A stretch of DNA of 63,349 nt, filler included, from Hyphochytrium catenoides (Eukaryota > Protista > Hyphochytriomycota), in assembly GCA_900088475.1 (NCBI GenBank). It is 10 parts of 10 records of this genome, joined end to end, with 100 filler letters (N's around TTAATTAATTAA, not from the genome) between each part and the next. Parts side by side here need not be neighbours in the genome. Positions count along the whole stretch, not along the records: positions 1 to 11,659 come from FLMG01000068.1; 9 more parts are not named here. One strand, given 5' to 3'. Positions 1 to 11,759 of this stretch are shown here, piece after piece. A program made the position numbers and the translations under genes. Position 1 is the stretch's first letter, and each line of letters begins with the position of its first letter. Under the pieces are notes generated by a model, which was given only the letters and a program-made list of their open reading frames with translations, ran no database searches and was not told the origin of the DNA.

Positions 1-581
1 GAGAGAGAGAGAGAGAGATGTAGCGAGAGAGAAGAAGAGCAGATGCATCAAGACGACAGGCAGGTGCTAGAAGAAGAGAGAGCTGAGCGAGATCACAGAG
101 ATAGTAGAACACTCAGCGAAAGAAGACGACCAAGAGGAGCCAGAGCGCAGCTTGCTAGAAGAGGAAAGGAAGAGGTTAAAAAGGAATGGAGAGAAGGCAC
201 CACGCAGTCCCTCCCTAGCCTCCTCTGAGTGGGAGGTTCCGTTCAGGACGGAGAGGAAGCACACACGCATGGCGATGATGCAAGGCGAGGAGCGGAGGAG
301 GATGCCTGCCAACAATAATAATTTGATTTTTTTCTTGATGGCTGTATGGGTGGTGAGGCCTCCAGTGAGCTTACATTGCCACCGCCCCTTTGGGCAGTTC
401 CTGGTCCCTCTCAGTCTCTTCTGCCTGCGCTCTATGGTCCGGTTGTCTCCTCTATTCTACGGGTGTCCTAGGTGCCTGATCGTCTATATGCCTCTGTTGT
501 CGCGGGCCAACAATGATAAATGATATAGATTCAAGGAGAAGGAACGCCGAGCATCAAAGCTTCAGAGCAAGAGTGCGAGTC

Positions 582-720
582 AGAGAGAAGAGAAGATGCA
601 AAAGGAGAACAAGGAAAAGCACTGAGTGAGAGAAGAGAGAAGAGAAGAGAAGATGCAAAAGGAGAACAAGGAAAAGCACTGAGTGAGAGAGAGAAGAGAA
701 GAGAAGATGCAAAAGGAGAC
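582..720. repeat. GA-rich tandem repeat, about 2.5 copies, periods 57 and 54 bp
   Basis: GAGAAGATGCAAAAGGAGA(ACAAGGAAAAGCACTGAGTGAGAGA) recurs, with GATGCAAAA at 595, 652 and 706. Confidence 0.85.
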
Positions 721-1322
721 GAGAGAAGGATAGTGATAAAACTGACCAATGTATTATGGGGTCCACGCTTCGCGGCGCGTGACCAATAAACCAGACCAAG
801 AAATTCTTCAGCGAGGAGAAGAGACGAAAGCACCGTGAGCAAGAGAAGATCAAGAGAAAGCAGGCATTTGCCTGAAAGAGGAGACCTTATCACCAAGAAG
901 AGACGGACAGCAAAGGAGTAATATTCCATCTCCAACACCAGTTCCCTCTTCCCACTTGCACTATCTACGCTCGTTCTTGTCTTCTCTCCGCATTGGCAAT
1001 GGATAGCTACGAGCTTGGTGATGATAGGATTCTGTCAGCAGCTCTCTCTTCTCATCATCTATTGCTCTAATTAGCGGAGGAGCTGCAACAATGTCTTTGG
1101 CAATAGACACATCTTCTTCTTCTTCTTTGAAGAGCCTAGTATCAGCAGCGGTACTTTCTCTCTCATGGATTTCATCTTGCTTCTGTCGTCTCAACCCTCC
1201 CCGCTCTTCTTCTGGTTATTGTCTTTCTCTCCCTCGTGTCTGCTGGGTAGCAATGAGGAGTTAATCAGTCAGCCTCAGACTTCACTTGAGACCTCTCTCT
1301 CTCTCTCTCTCTCTCCTCTTCT

Positions 1323-1366
<44 letters not shown>

Positions 1367-1896
1367 CTCTCACTTTGGTTAGCTCTTTTATCAAAAATGA
1401 ATGCCTGGATCGCCACCTACCAAATCCACATCGCATCTCTTTCTCACTCTGTCTTCTCGAAATGACACCCCAAGCGCATTTTACCTATATTACTGGCTTC
1501 TGCGCTGTATCTCATCTGTTTTCGGTCTCGCCTCTCTTTTCACTACTGGCTCTTCTTTGACCGTAGAAATTTCCTCATTTCTGAAGCGCCATCATCTGGC
1601 TCCGTTCCCTCCATAGTAATAGCGGACATGACGACAGAGAAAGCTATAGGTAATACCCCGTAATCCTCCAGTAATAATTCTTTTCCTTGTAACTACTGGT
1701 ACTTTGCTCGGGGACTTGTCCACGACTGTAGAAAGGGCCTCACTGAATGAGTTTGTACTATAATACTCTTAAGCTGGAGGTGAGGGTCCCTGCCTACCCT
1801 ACCATACTGTGATTGGAAGCTACCTACGTCTTTATTGACGTTTTCTTTTGCTGGGAGGACAAAGATTGAGAGAATCAAGTTCTTTGAGGGGACCAA

Positions 1897-2050
1897 GTTC
1901 TCTCTCTTTCTGTCTCTCTCTCTCTGTCTCTCTCTCTGTCTCTCTCTCGGTCTCTCTCTCTCGGTCTCTCTCTGTCTCTCGGTCTCTCTGTCTCTGTCTC
2001 TGTCTCTGTCTCTATCTCTCTCTCTCTCTGTCTCTGTCTCTCTCTCTCTC

Positions 2051-2083
<33 letters not shown>

Positions 2084-2088
2084 GTCTC

Positions 2089-2121
<33 letters not shown>

Positions 2122-2237
2122 CTCTCGCTCTCTCTCTCTCTCGCTCTCGCTCTCTCTCTCTCCTCTTTCTCTCTCTCTTTCTCTCTCCCTCCTCTCCTCA
2201 TCTATCATTCTCTGTCTCTCTCTCTCTCTCTCTCTCT
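1897..2237. repeat. Long compound (CT)n/(CTGT)n microsatellite
   Basis: About 340 bp of near-continuous CT/CTGT repeats; it produces the Ser-Leu and Glu-Arg junk ORFs in the track. Confidence 0.95.
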
Positions 2238-2713
2238 AGTCTTTCCCTCATGTTTGAAGGCTGTAGAACTAGAGGTGCAATCTCTTACGTAACCTTATTT
2301 AGTACCGTTCTGCCGTCTGCGTCAACAAAGAAAGGAAGAGAATAACAAGCGCCGCTCTCTAGGATGATGAGAGAGACAACGGGACAGTGAGAACACGCGA
2401 AGCGGTGGAGAAAGAGAGAGAAAGGGAGAAAGAGAGAAAGAGAGAGAGAGAAGTGCAAAAGAAGATAGAAGCCTGAATATTCAGGAAGCGTCTCTCTCCC
2501 GTCTGCAGAAAGCCTTGTTGATCACAATTTTTAACATTCGCCATTGCCCCTAGACTTCCCTGCTCAACCTCGCGTGCGGGGGAGAGAGAGAGAGAGAGAG
2601 ACAGAGAGAGAGACAGACGGAAACAGAGGACAGCCGCTAAAACTGACAGTAGAAGACTAAAGGAAAAGCAAAGAGGCAGGAAAGAAAGAAAGACAATCAG
2701 CTAACGCTTACAG

Positions 2714-4358
2714 ATGGCATCGGCTTCGGACACCATTGCCATCTTCTCTAAAAGGAAGAGAGAGCGTGCAGAGGAGACGAGAGAAAGAGATGGATCTGAG
2801 CCTTTGTCCTCCTCAGCGCCTGCCTCTTCTTCTTCTTCTTCTTCCTCTCACGGCAATTGGACGGGGCAGCCGCAAGGGAATGAGCTCGCAAGGGTGGGAG
2901 AGGCTCTCGTTTTGGCGCAGACTCGGGCCAGAGAGGCAATAGAGCGCTCTGACAGATTAGAAAGGTTGGTGCAGTGTCTCTCTCTCACAGACACTCTCTC
3001 TCTCTCTCTCTCTCTTCCTTTCCACTCTCTCTCCGTCTCTCTCTCCCTCCTCGTAACGCTTTTATCCTCTTCCATCCAACCTCTCTAATTTAACCTCTCC
3101 CGCCTTACTTGCTCTCTTCACTCTCTCTCTCTCGTCTCGCCCGTTCTCTCTCTCTCTCTGTCTCTCTTCGACAGGATAATACAGGCCGTGATGACCAAGG
3201 ATCATCTCAACAGCCTCTCAAGTGATACACAGACAAAGCTCTCAGAAGGTACATCAGCAGCCAGCGCTCTTTCTCTTCTGCTGCACTAGACAATAAGAGA
3301 CGGGGGTGGACCTAACTTACTAGTAGAGAAGAGGCAGTCAGGAGAGAGAGAGAGAAAGGAGAGAGAAGAAAGTGAAGAGGAGAGCGGAAATTAGGTTAAG
3401 GAGAGGAACAAGAAGAATCACGAGAGGCTAGCTAAGATGGCCCTAAGAGCGGACTCATAACTTGGTTCCCTCCCTTTCCCCTCTCTCACTCTCTCATTGT
3501 CTCTCTCTCTCACTCTCTCCGGTGTCTCTCTCTCTCTCTCTGTCTTTGTGTCTCTTTCTGTGTCTCTCTCTCTCTCTCTGCACTCATTTTACAGAGGACT
3601 GGCACTTCCTGTCTAGCTCCATGTCTCTATCTTCCTTGTCGTCATCAAGCTCTGCGGTCTCAAGTCTCTCTTCCTCTCCGGTCCGAGGAGTACCAAAGAG
3701 AAACAGCCCTCTCTTGCAGGCTTCTAGCCCGCCTTTGGAAACGCTATCCCCAGCGTCTTCGATCACGGTGCTGCCTTCTTCTCTCTCTTTCCACCCAAAC
3801 AATATGGTGGGAGAATCCCAGGGTCTGCCTCCTTTCTTACCTTCTCTCTCTCTCTCTTCTCCCATCTCACCCGTCAAGAATGCTGCAGACCCCACCGTTC
3901 TGTCTCTCTACTTGTCGGATTTAGAGGACGAGAGAGAGAACGTGGCAAAGGAAAGAGAACAAGCAGTGCTGGAGTCCAATCTCATCAAAGTCGTTACGGC
4001 TGAGGTCATCAGTACACTTGCGGGCGAGAGCTATGGGAACATCAAGGGACTAGAGCAGACAAAGAGAGAGAGAAAGAGGCTTTCCTCTTCGTCTCTCCTT
4101 CTTTCTGAAGAGGCGCTTCACTGTCTCTCTACCTTCGCGCATATGAACTTGGGCTTTGCCCTTGGTATGATAGCAGCGGCGATCTTTAGGAAAAGGCAGG
4201 AAAAAGCTTTGGAGCACATCTTCAACGATAAGCTAAACGCAATGCTGGCCCAGGTAGAGACCACAGAAAAGAGGATACGAGGAGTAGCAAAGAAAAGAAA
4301 CAAGAGAGAGAGACAGAGACAGAGGTCGAGAGAAGCCTACAGAGAGGCACTAAGTTAG
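2714..4358 (+). CDS. Hypothetical Ser-rich coiled-coil protein, about 362 aa, 3 exons (2714-2964, 3175-3248, 3595-4358)
   Basis: GT-AG introns with compatible phases join ORF 2714 to ORF 3462..4358 in one frame (...DRLER|IIQAVMTK...KLSE|EDWHF...REALS*). No family recognised. Confidence 0.55.
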
Positions 4359-4959
4359 CGGAAGGAAAGAGCGCGAGACAGCTCTACTTACCTCGAAGAG
4401 TTGACGGAAAGGAACTGCTGAGGCCGTAGATTAAATGTGTAGCACAGGGTGAATGCTAGGTGCATGGAGCCTTGTGACCAAGGGCTATATCGGTGGGAGA
4501 GAGACACGCGTAGGGACAAAGGAAAACCTGCAGAAAAACGGGCTTAGTGACGACCTTAGCACTCAACCTCTCTCTTCTTTTGATTTTTCAGGTATGGTCC
4601 CTCAGTAGCGAATGGAAACAAGAGCTGGCTCGGGAGATGCCCGCATACTTCCTCTCTCCTGAGATGCTTGCGCCAATGGGGCCGCGAGGTGATATACGTT
4701 TATTGCTCACTCTTGTTTAGAAGAAGCCGAAGAAAGAGAAGGTCCCATGTAGATAACCGCCCTAGCTCGCACATTGGAAGGTGCTTCTGCCTCTCGCACT
4801 TTCTTCGTCGGCGCTATCAAAACCTACGCAGATCCGTCTGCTTCTATGATTGGTATATGTAAACATGTATATATATATATATATATATTCCTAGCTCTTC
4901 CATGCTAAGCTTATGTTGTCGGGGCCTTCGCCTCTACTGTGAACGTGCTGTCTTGAAAC

Positions 4960-5700
4960 ATCTGCCGAAGAAGTTGGAGAAATAAGGAGGTGAAGATCGT
5001 GGTGCATGTACGTGTCGATAAATTTGAAGATTATTGAGCATCTTTCAATGAACTAAGAGATTGTTGGGCGTATTTCTAGAAAAGCTCTAGCATCGGTCTG
5101 ATGAGCATGATGAGACCATTGGAAATTTGTTGAAGAAGGAACGTATCGAGGGTGATTCGTGAAGGAGGAAGGAAGAAACTGTTACGATGAGCACATTTGT
5201 TTTCATTGGGCCTACACATATCAAGAAAAAGAGACTCTTCATAAGGCATCTGTTGATGATGAACAACAAGGTATCGGGGCCATTGCGGAGTGATATATTT
5301 TGATTGTATCTTGTCTGCTGATGAAGATGGCATATATTGGGGCCTCTGTTGTTGAGCTGATGGCGATTATTGGGCATCTGTTGGTGAAGGATGATGGATG
5401 ATGAGGATTATTGTAGGGCATCCGTGTCGGGTGAAGACGGAGATTGTCACGCATATGTTGATATATGTCTATGGGGAGATTATCGGCATCACCTGTTACC
5501 GATGGACATCATTGAGCATTTAATGCAGATGGAGGTTATCGAGTATTAAATGAGGAAGATGAAGAAGATTATTATTGAAGATGAAGATTCAAGATGATGA
5601 AGATTATTGGGGCTCTGCCTGAGATCTGGGATCTGGGAACCAGATGTGAAGATCATTGGCACAGCACTAGTTGATGATAAATCTTTTGAAAATCAATACT
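4960..5700. repeat. Degenerate tandem array, consensus about GATGAAGATTATTGGGCATCTGTT
   Basis: Variants recur across about 700 bp, e.g. gaagattattgagcatct, ggcgattattgggcatctgttg, gaggattattgtagggcatcc, gatgaagattattggggctctg, gtgaagatcattggcacag. Confidence 0.6.
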
Positions 5701-6010
5701 CTTCAAAGATCTAGTTACCATTCACCCTGTTCGACAGGGGGTTAGCGGCTAAACGACGCGGTCTTCTGATGGCATTGGTCTGCAATGAAGATTTTCTCTG
5801 TCTGGAATGAGAAAGTAAAGAAGGTGAAGCTTTTCCGATGTTTGCAGCTCATGATCTCGTCTCTTTGTGGAAGAGAAAGAGAAAGCTTTATCTATAAGCC
5901 TGCGAAACTTGGGCCTCAGTCTCCACTGTTAGGCATTCAACATTATCTCACGCCCGCAACATTAGGTCTATCGTCTGCGCTCCGTATCTGCTGGTCGATC
6001 ATCCGTTACA

Positions 6011-6325
6011 ATGAAGATTTCTTCACTCAGGATGCAGAGCATTGTTCGGGCTGCAATGGCTAACACAGCCAGCCGCTCCCGGCCACCGATCATTGCAGCG
6101 CAGAGCAGGTTACTGCCACAGCTTCGCTTCAGCAGACGTGCTAACGTAAGCATTAGCTGTAACTCGTCTCTCGGCTGAATTGACCTAACCTCTCTCTTAA
6201 GAACCTTCATTTGAGAACTCTATCGACGAAGCCCGAGGGCGACAAGCAGCAGGGCAAAGCCTCAGAAGCGGTATGTCCTGACAAGCCAAACACTGCGGTT
6301 TCTCTGCTTTTAATCGCTATAGCTG

Positions 6326-6378
<53 letters not shown>

Positions 6379-8471
6379 TCTCTCTCTCTTTCTTTCTGTC
6401 TCTTTTTCTCTGTCTCTCTCTCTCTCTTCCTTTCTTTCTTTCTCTCTCTCTCTTTCTTCCTCTCTTTCTCTCGCTCGCTCGCCCTCTCTCTCACACACAC
6501 CCCTTCTTAGAGGCCACAACCTATTTATCGCCTCATCTCATATTGTCGCTCATTCTTTATATATATGTATTTGTGCTTGTGCATGTCTCAACTCGGCAGT
6601 CTTTGTCACAAGGAGCCTGCTGTTGGGTTGATATCCTGAACTCTGTCTCTTGTAGAGAGCTTCTGTGTCGCCAATAGTCCTTGTTGCCCTTCTATACCTG
6701 TCAGTTCCTGGATGTTCAGCACCTTCAATCAAATACTTCTTTCTTAACGTTTTATCAGCTGGTACCGTTTCTTACGGAGTACTTTCTCCTGTCCTAACTG
6801 TCTGTCCCGATACCGTCTCCATCTCTCCCTCTCTCTCTCTCTCTCTCCCTCTCTCTCTCTTCTTAATAGCATGGGGGTGCTGGTGGCGCTCAGATACCTC
6901 CAGAGGACGCCCTGGTCCTAACGCCCTATCAAAAGGCAGCGGCAGCAACTCGAGGCACAGTCTGGATGGGCGCTCTGGCCCTAAGCGTTGCCTGCGCCTA
7001 TTTTATCATCACGGAGCTCTTCCCTAGGTAGGAAAGGGGCTGTTCTCCGCCGCTATGCTCTAGAAACTGCTCTTCCTCCTCTCCTGGTCTCTGTGCTCCT
7101 TACTTGCTGCATCTCTTCTTCTTCTCATTAATCAGATTTTCTTTCTTCTTTCCTACGGCTGGTCTTCTGATGTCTAGAGCGTTCCTTCCGCTACCGTCAT
7201 AGCACTCTCTGGACTGGGTTCGTCTGTTGCTTTCTCTCCATGCCCGTGATACATCTCCAGTCTTCGTACCATTGTGCGCTCAGGCACCGCTGGCTTTTTC
7301 TTCACTTGGTCGGCTCGTCCCTTACCCATGCTACTTTACGTCCATCCCCTGTTGTCTTCGCCTTTGCTTCTCTACAGTGACTTTAAGCCGAATAAAGTCT
7401 TCTCCCGAGCGCTGAATGAGATCGTGGGCCATTACAGAGTGCGTGGATGGCTCTCCTTGCCTCTCTCCTTCCCCTAGTCAGCAGCAGCTGCTTCTACTAG
7501 GATATCTTGGTTCCCCTTGCTCTATTTGCTACTAGTGATCTCTCTTTCTTCCTTTTAAGGACCTTTGCTGCATCCTAGATACCTCTGGGACGGCCCTCTT
7601 TCCCGGCTTCCTGGTCTCTCTCTCCTTCCTCATTCTTCAATATGATCTCTAAATCTCGATCATTACCTTTCGCAGGTCCAGAAGTCCCTCGGAACTCCAA
7701 TTAAAGGCTACGGGATGGACCACAATAGCAGGCGTGAGGGAAGAAGGAACTTCATCGCATCCAGGGAGTACGAAGACTCAGAGAAGCGCCGTCGCACCAG
7801 GTATCGGTTCCTTTCAATCCTTACCTTCTCGTCAGCTTTCTTTACCTTAGCTCTCGACTTCCTCACCGGTCCTAATCTGCCTACATCGCCGCTTCAATAA
7901 TCCTTCTTCGTTCTGTCTTCCCCTAGCCTTTCTTTTTGTCTGGACCGTGACTGGCAAACGTGTACACTCTCTTGCCTCTTTCCTGCTCAAGCTATACTTA
8001 GAGAGTCAATTAGATAACACGTAGCATTCTCGATCAGGGTGCGGTTCAACTTAGAGGGGCCACATGGGAAGGGCATTGCCTATGCCGAATACATTGACGC
8101 CAATGGCGGTACGTTACCATGGAGAAGCCTATTTTCCCCTTGCTTAGCTTGCTACATCTTTGTCGAGGATCCTCCTCTCCTTATGACGGGTCCCTAAGTA
8201 CTTCGCCCTATTGGCTTACCGCTCTTTCTCTTGTCCTCACTCTTTCGTTTGCCCGTCCTCACACTCCCCTTATTTTTCTTCCTATGACTCTTCCTGACCT
8301 GTCATTGCCTGTACTACTCTACATCATACAGGAGATTGGGTATATCTTCAGGTGCAAGTGGTGAAGACAGGAGAGGTGATTATTATCAAGGACAATCAGC
8401 TCAGATACAACGCGGGGAATGAGTTCCCTACCGTTATGAATATCTTAGACTCTCAGTCTCGCTCATCTTAG
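6011..8471 (+). CDS. TIM21: Mitochondrial inner membrane translocase subunit Tim21, 7 exons
   Basis: The spliced product has an Arg/Ser-rich presequence-like N-terminus and one TM segment (VWMGALALSVACAYFIITELFP). It continues SDFKPNKVFSRAL...VQKSLGTPIKGYG...GRRNFI...VRFNLEGPHGKG.AYAE, typical of Tim21. All introns are GT-AG. Start is ATG 6011 or 6032. Confidence 0.85.
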
Positions 8472-9290
8472 AGACGGATGGAGAAGCAGGAAGAACGATT
8501 GACAAGGAGGGAGGAGAAGCTAAGAACGTGACGGGAGAGGCAGTCACTTGGGCTGCTCACTGCTAGTGAATAACACTTATAACCATGAACCTATCCCTTT
8601 ATCATTGCAGGAGCTCCCCATCACCTCCTCCTTTCTACTGCTTTAGCTGCTCAAGGGTCAGTGCTCTCCATCTATTGCAACCCTGAGTCTCTGTCGTTCT
8701 CTTGATCGCTCTGCGCATCATAAACTACTTGCACTATCCCGATGCTAGCGTCAAACGTGCCGAAACTAGCATTTACGCTGTCGATAGTAGTGGTATCACA
8801 CTCACAAACCTATACGCTGGAAGGTCTAACCGATTTTAAGAGACCTGACCAAATCAGCGAAAATACCCCATACAGGGGACACTCCTCCCATAAGACTGCA
8901 GAACATGAGTAGTGGTCCTCTTTCTTAGGGGGACAGGGGCGTTATTTGGGTGATGGCACCGCGACAAGTCAAAAGCGGTTTTCGCACATTTCTGAAGCTT
9001 TTTCTGGCTGTTTCTAACGAATTTCAGAGATTATCGCCTTTTGCAAGCTCAAAGACCACCCGCTATTGGAGGTTCTTAACGTTCAGTAGATCATGTCAAT
9101 AGCCTTTGTTGTCTATTAGGATCAATTCGTTGACATCTGGCAGCCAGCACTCAGAGAGACGAAGTTTAAAGAACTTTAATCGCTTTTGCCACTCAGACGA
9201 GGACTCGGTATTGTGAAAGGCATCCTATCCACATTTCTTTACCTCCTGTTATCTTTTTCTGTCTATTGCTGGTCAATTCTACTTGGAAGC

Positions 9291-10094
9291 ATGCCAATAG
9301 CGCAGAAGAAGCCCGTGAAGGGTAGCAGCGGAGGACCTTCGTCTCCTTCCCTTCTCGCAAAGGCAGGCGGTAGAGTGACGCAGAAAGAGTTTCTGAATGA
9401 CACGTCAAGCAGCATCGCTGGGGTGATAGAGAACCTCAAGAATCACCTTGCAGTCCTAGAACAAGGTGCATATCTTATCTCTTGTCGGCGCTCTGTCTTG
9501 GCCTGAGGCTATTCCACTGCACCTTCGCTGACATTTGTTCCTTGGTTTTGCCATCTAAATCTCCGGTGCTGTTACTGATATCCTCTCACTCACACACAGT
9601 GTCCTCATGGTGTCTCTCTTCCTCTTTCTTTCTCTCTCTCTCTCTTTCTCTCTCTCTTTTTTCTCTCTTGCTTTGCCTCTTTCTCTCTCGCTCTCCTCTC
9701 TGTATCCATCGCTCTTCACTCTGACTGTTCCTCTTTTTCTCTCCTTTCTCGGTCTCCCTGCAACTGTGTGACACAGAAATAAAGGCGGACAAGAAAGGGA
9801 AGAAAGACTATGAAGATGAGTTGGGCAAGCTGCAGAGACGGAAAGATGAGCTGATAGAGAGAACCAAGAAGAATCAAGAGTATGCTCGAGCCTTTGATTG
9901 TGACGTCGGGCCCTTTGAACAGAAGTAAGGCCCTACTCCTTCCCGGACCTTTATTACTCTTGCGTTCTCCTCTCTCTCACTCTCTCCATTTCTGTTGCAG
10001 TGTTCTTCCCGTCCTCCTCTCTCTCTTCTCTCTATTTGCTCTCATTCCCTTTTCTTCTTCTCCTCTCCTCTTTCTCTTGTTCTTCCTCTATTCT

Positions 10095-10133
<39 letters not shown>

Positions 10134-10975
10134 TCTCTCTGTTTGCTCTCATTCCCTTTTCTTCTTCTCCTCTCCTCTTGCTCTTGTTCTTCCTCGATTC
10201 TTCTGTCTCTCTCTCTCTCTTCTGTTACTCTGTCTCTCTCAATTCTCTCGCTATCCTCTTAGTTCCTTGTCAGTATTTGAGCTTATTCTGTTGAGTCCAT
10301 CCGCAGCTCCAGATTCTTTAGTCGTCTTTCTTCCATATCCTCTTCTCTCTCAGAAAGCTTCTACCATATGTCTTTAGACACTCAAGACATACTTTACCTC
10401 TAACAATCTTTCCTCCTCTTTGTCTCTCTCTCCCTGTCTCTTTACCTATCTTTCTCTCTCTCCTCTCCTCTCCCATCAATTCCTTTTAGGTACGTCTCTA
10501 TGACTTCACAGATGAGCGTTCTGTACGAGAACGCCAAAGAAGAACATGCTAAGGGTTTGAAGCTTCTGGTATGACTTGAAACTTGATGTCACGCGAGGGC
10601 GGAGGGTGGCTTCTTTCTTTCTTTCTTTTTCTCTCTCTCTCTCTGTGGATGTTTATTGCGTCTCTCTCTCTCTCTCTCCATTCTTCCTCTTCTTCTGTTG
10701 TGAAGGTGTTTTACTCTCCCTCTTTGAAACGTATCTCTTTCCTGTTCTCTCCTTCCAGGATCCTCTACCCTCAGTCCTACATCTGCCGCGTCTGCTCTCT
10801 TTAAATGGAGGTCTCCGTTCTCTCTCGTCGCCTTAGCACACTAGGGGCCGTTGCTCGTGTTGAACACTCTTTCCTTTCTTTCCTTTCTCTCTGTCAGATG
10901 GACGAGTTCAACTATCATCCTGCCTTCAAGAGATACAGAGACAGCTTCACAGCAGTGCCATTCAAGCCAGCATAA
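9291..10975 (+). CDS. SSNA1/DIP13-like coiled-coil protein, 159 aa, 4 exons (9291-9465, 9777-9924, 10490-10568, 10898-10975)
   Basis: Clean GT-AG model ending ...MDEFNYHPAFKRYRDSFTAVPFKPA*. The central IENL...FD...Y...L...KEE region aligns by eye without gaps to SSNA1/DIP13. Confidence 0.65.
10015..10222. repeat. Intronic tandem duplication of a pyrimidine-rich unit (about 105-bp period)
   Basis: tttgctctcattcccttttcttcttctcctctcctctt(t/g)ctcttgttcttcctc(t/g)attcttctgtctctc occurs twice. Confidence 0.8.
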
Positions 10976-11546
10976 AGGGAAGAAACCAGAGCAAACGAAA
11001 GGGTTAAGAGCATGAACCCCTTCGTCTAGTCTTTCCTACCCCGCTTGCTAATGAAGAAAAGGTAGATTAGGTCGTAAGATCGGAGCCAGCAACATGAGGA
11101 TGGTCATTCCAGGGAAAACTCATCGTCTACCCACTGCTCCCAGAAGGACCTTGGCATCAATCATCGCGAAAGAAAGACGAAAAGAGAGAGAGAGAGGTGT
11201 GGAGAGAGAGAGGGAGATGGAGAGAGAAAACGGGGGAGTGAGAGACGGACCACAACGTGCAGCCCTTTAGACCGTTCTGCAGCTTCTCTTGCTATATTCT
11301 CTCGAATATCAGCTCTTTTAGAGTGTCATTTCCTATGAGCAGACCTCCTCTTCCGCGATCATCTTTCTTTATTTTCCATAGATCCAGAAGCGAACAGCGA
11401 TCAGCGGCTTATTCTTCACTTTGGTGATCGCGTTATGGTACGTCCGGCTATCGAAGAGCAAGAGACGGTCAGGAAGAGGCTCGATGTCTAATGATTCCTG
11501 CCTGGGACCTAATGCACAGAGAGAGAGAGAGAGGTTGGGAATGGGG

Positions 11547-11577
<31 letters not shown>

Positions 11578-11659
11578 GGTGACCGGGGGAGAGAGCGTGT
11601 AAATGAGAGGGACAAAGAGAGAGGGAGAAGCGGAGAAGGTGAGGAAAGGGGCGGGGGGG

Positions 11660-11759
11660 NNNNNNNNNNNNNNNNNNNNNNNNNNNNNNNNNNNNNNNNN
11701 NNNTTAATTAATTAANNNNNNNNNNNNNNNNNNNNNNNNNNNNNNNNNNNNNNNNNNNN
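11660..11759. other. Artificial contig-join spacer (44 N + TTAATTAATTAA + 44 N). Also at 27965-28064, 36084-36183, 45278-45377, 47950-48049, 51744-51843, 56874-56973, 58441-58540, 60718-60817
   Basis: An identical 100-nt cassette occurs nine times. The core gives stops in all six frames, and genes are truncated at these points. Confidence 0.97.

Noticed and set aside
3249-3460. Stop-codon reassignment (in-frame TAG/TAA in protein-like frames here, at 48.1-48.5 kb and at 61 kb)
   Set aside because: Conserved genes end at TAA (IPO5, BRE1), TAG (CBP, TIM21) and TGA (dynein, p28) and have no internal stops. This stretch is explained as a GT-AG intron.
4960-5700. CRISPR-like array
   Set aside because: The units are too degenerate, there are no unique constant-length spacers, no cas genes are present, and the context is eukaryotic.
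11704-11715. TTAATTAATTAA palindrome recurring nine times, as a possible biological motif (e.g. excision or insertion site)
   Set aside because: It is always centred in exactly 88 Ns and truncates genes, so it is an assembly linker.
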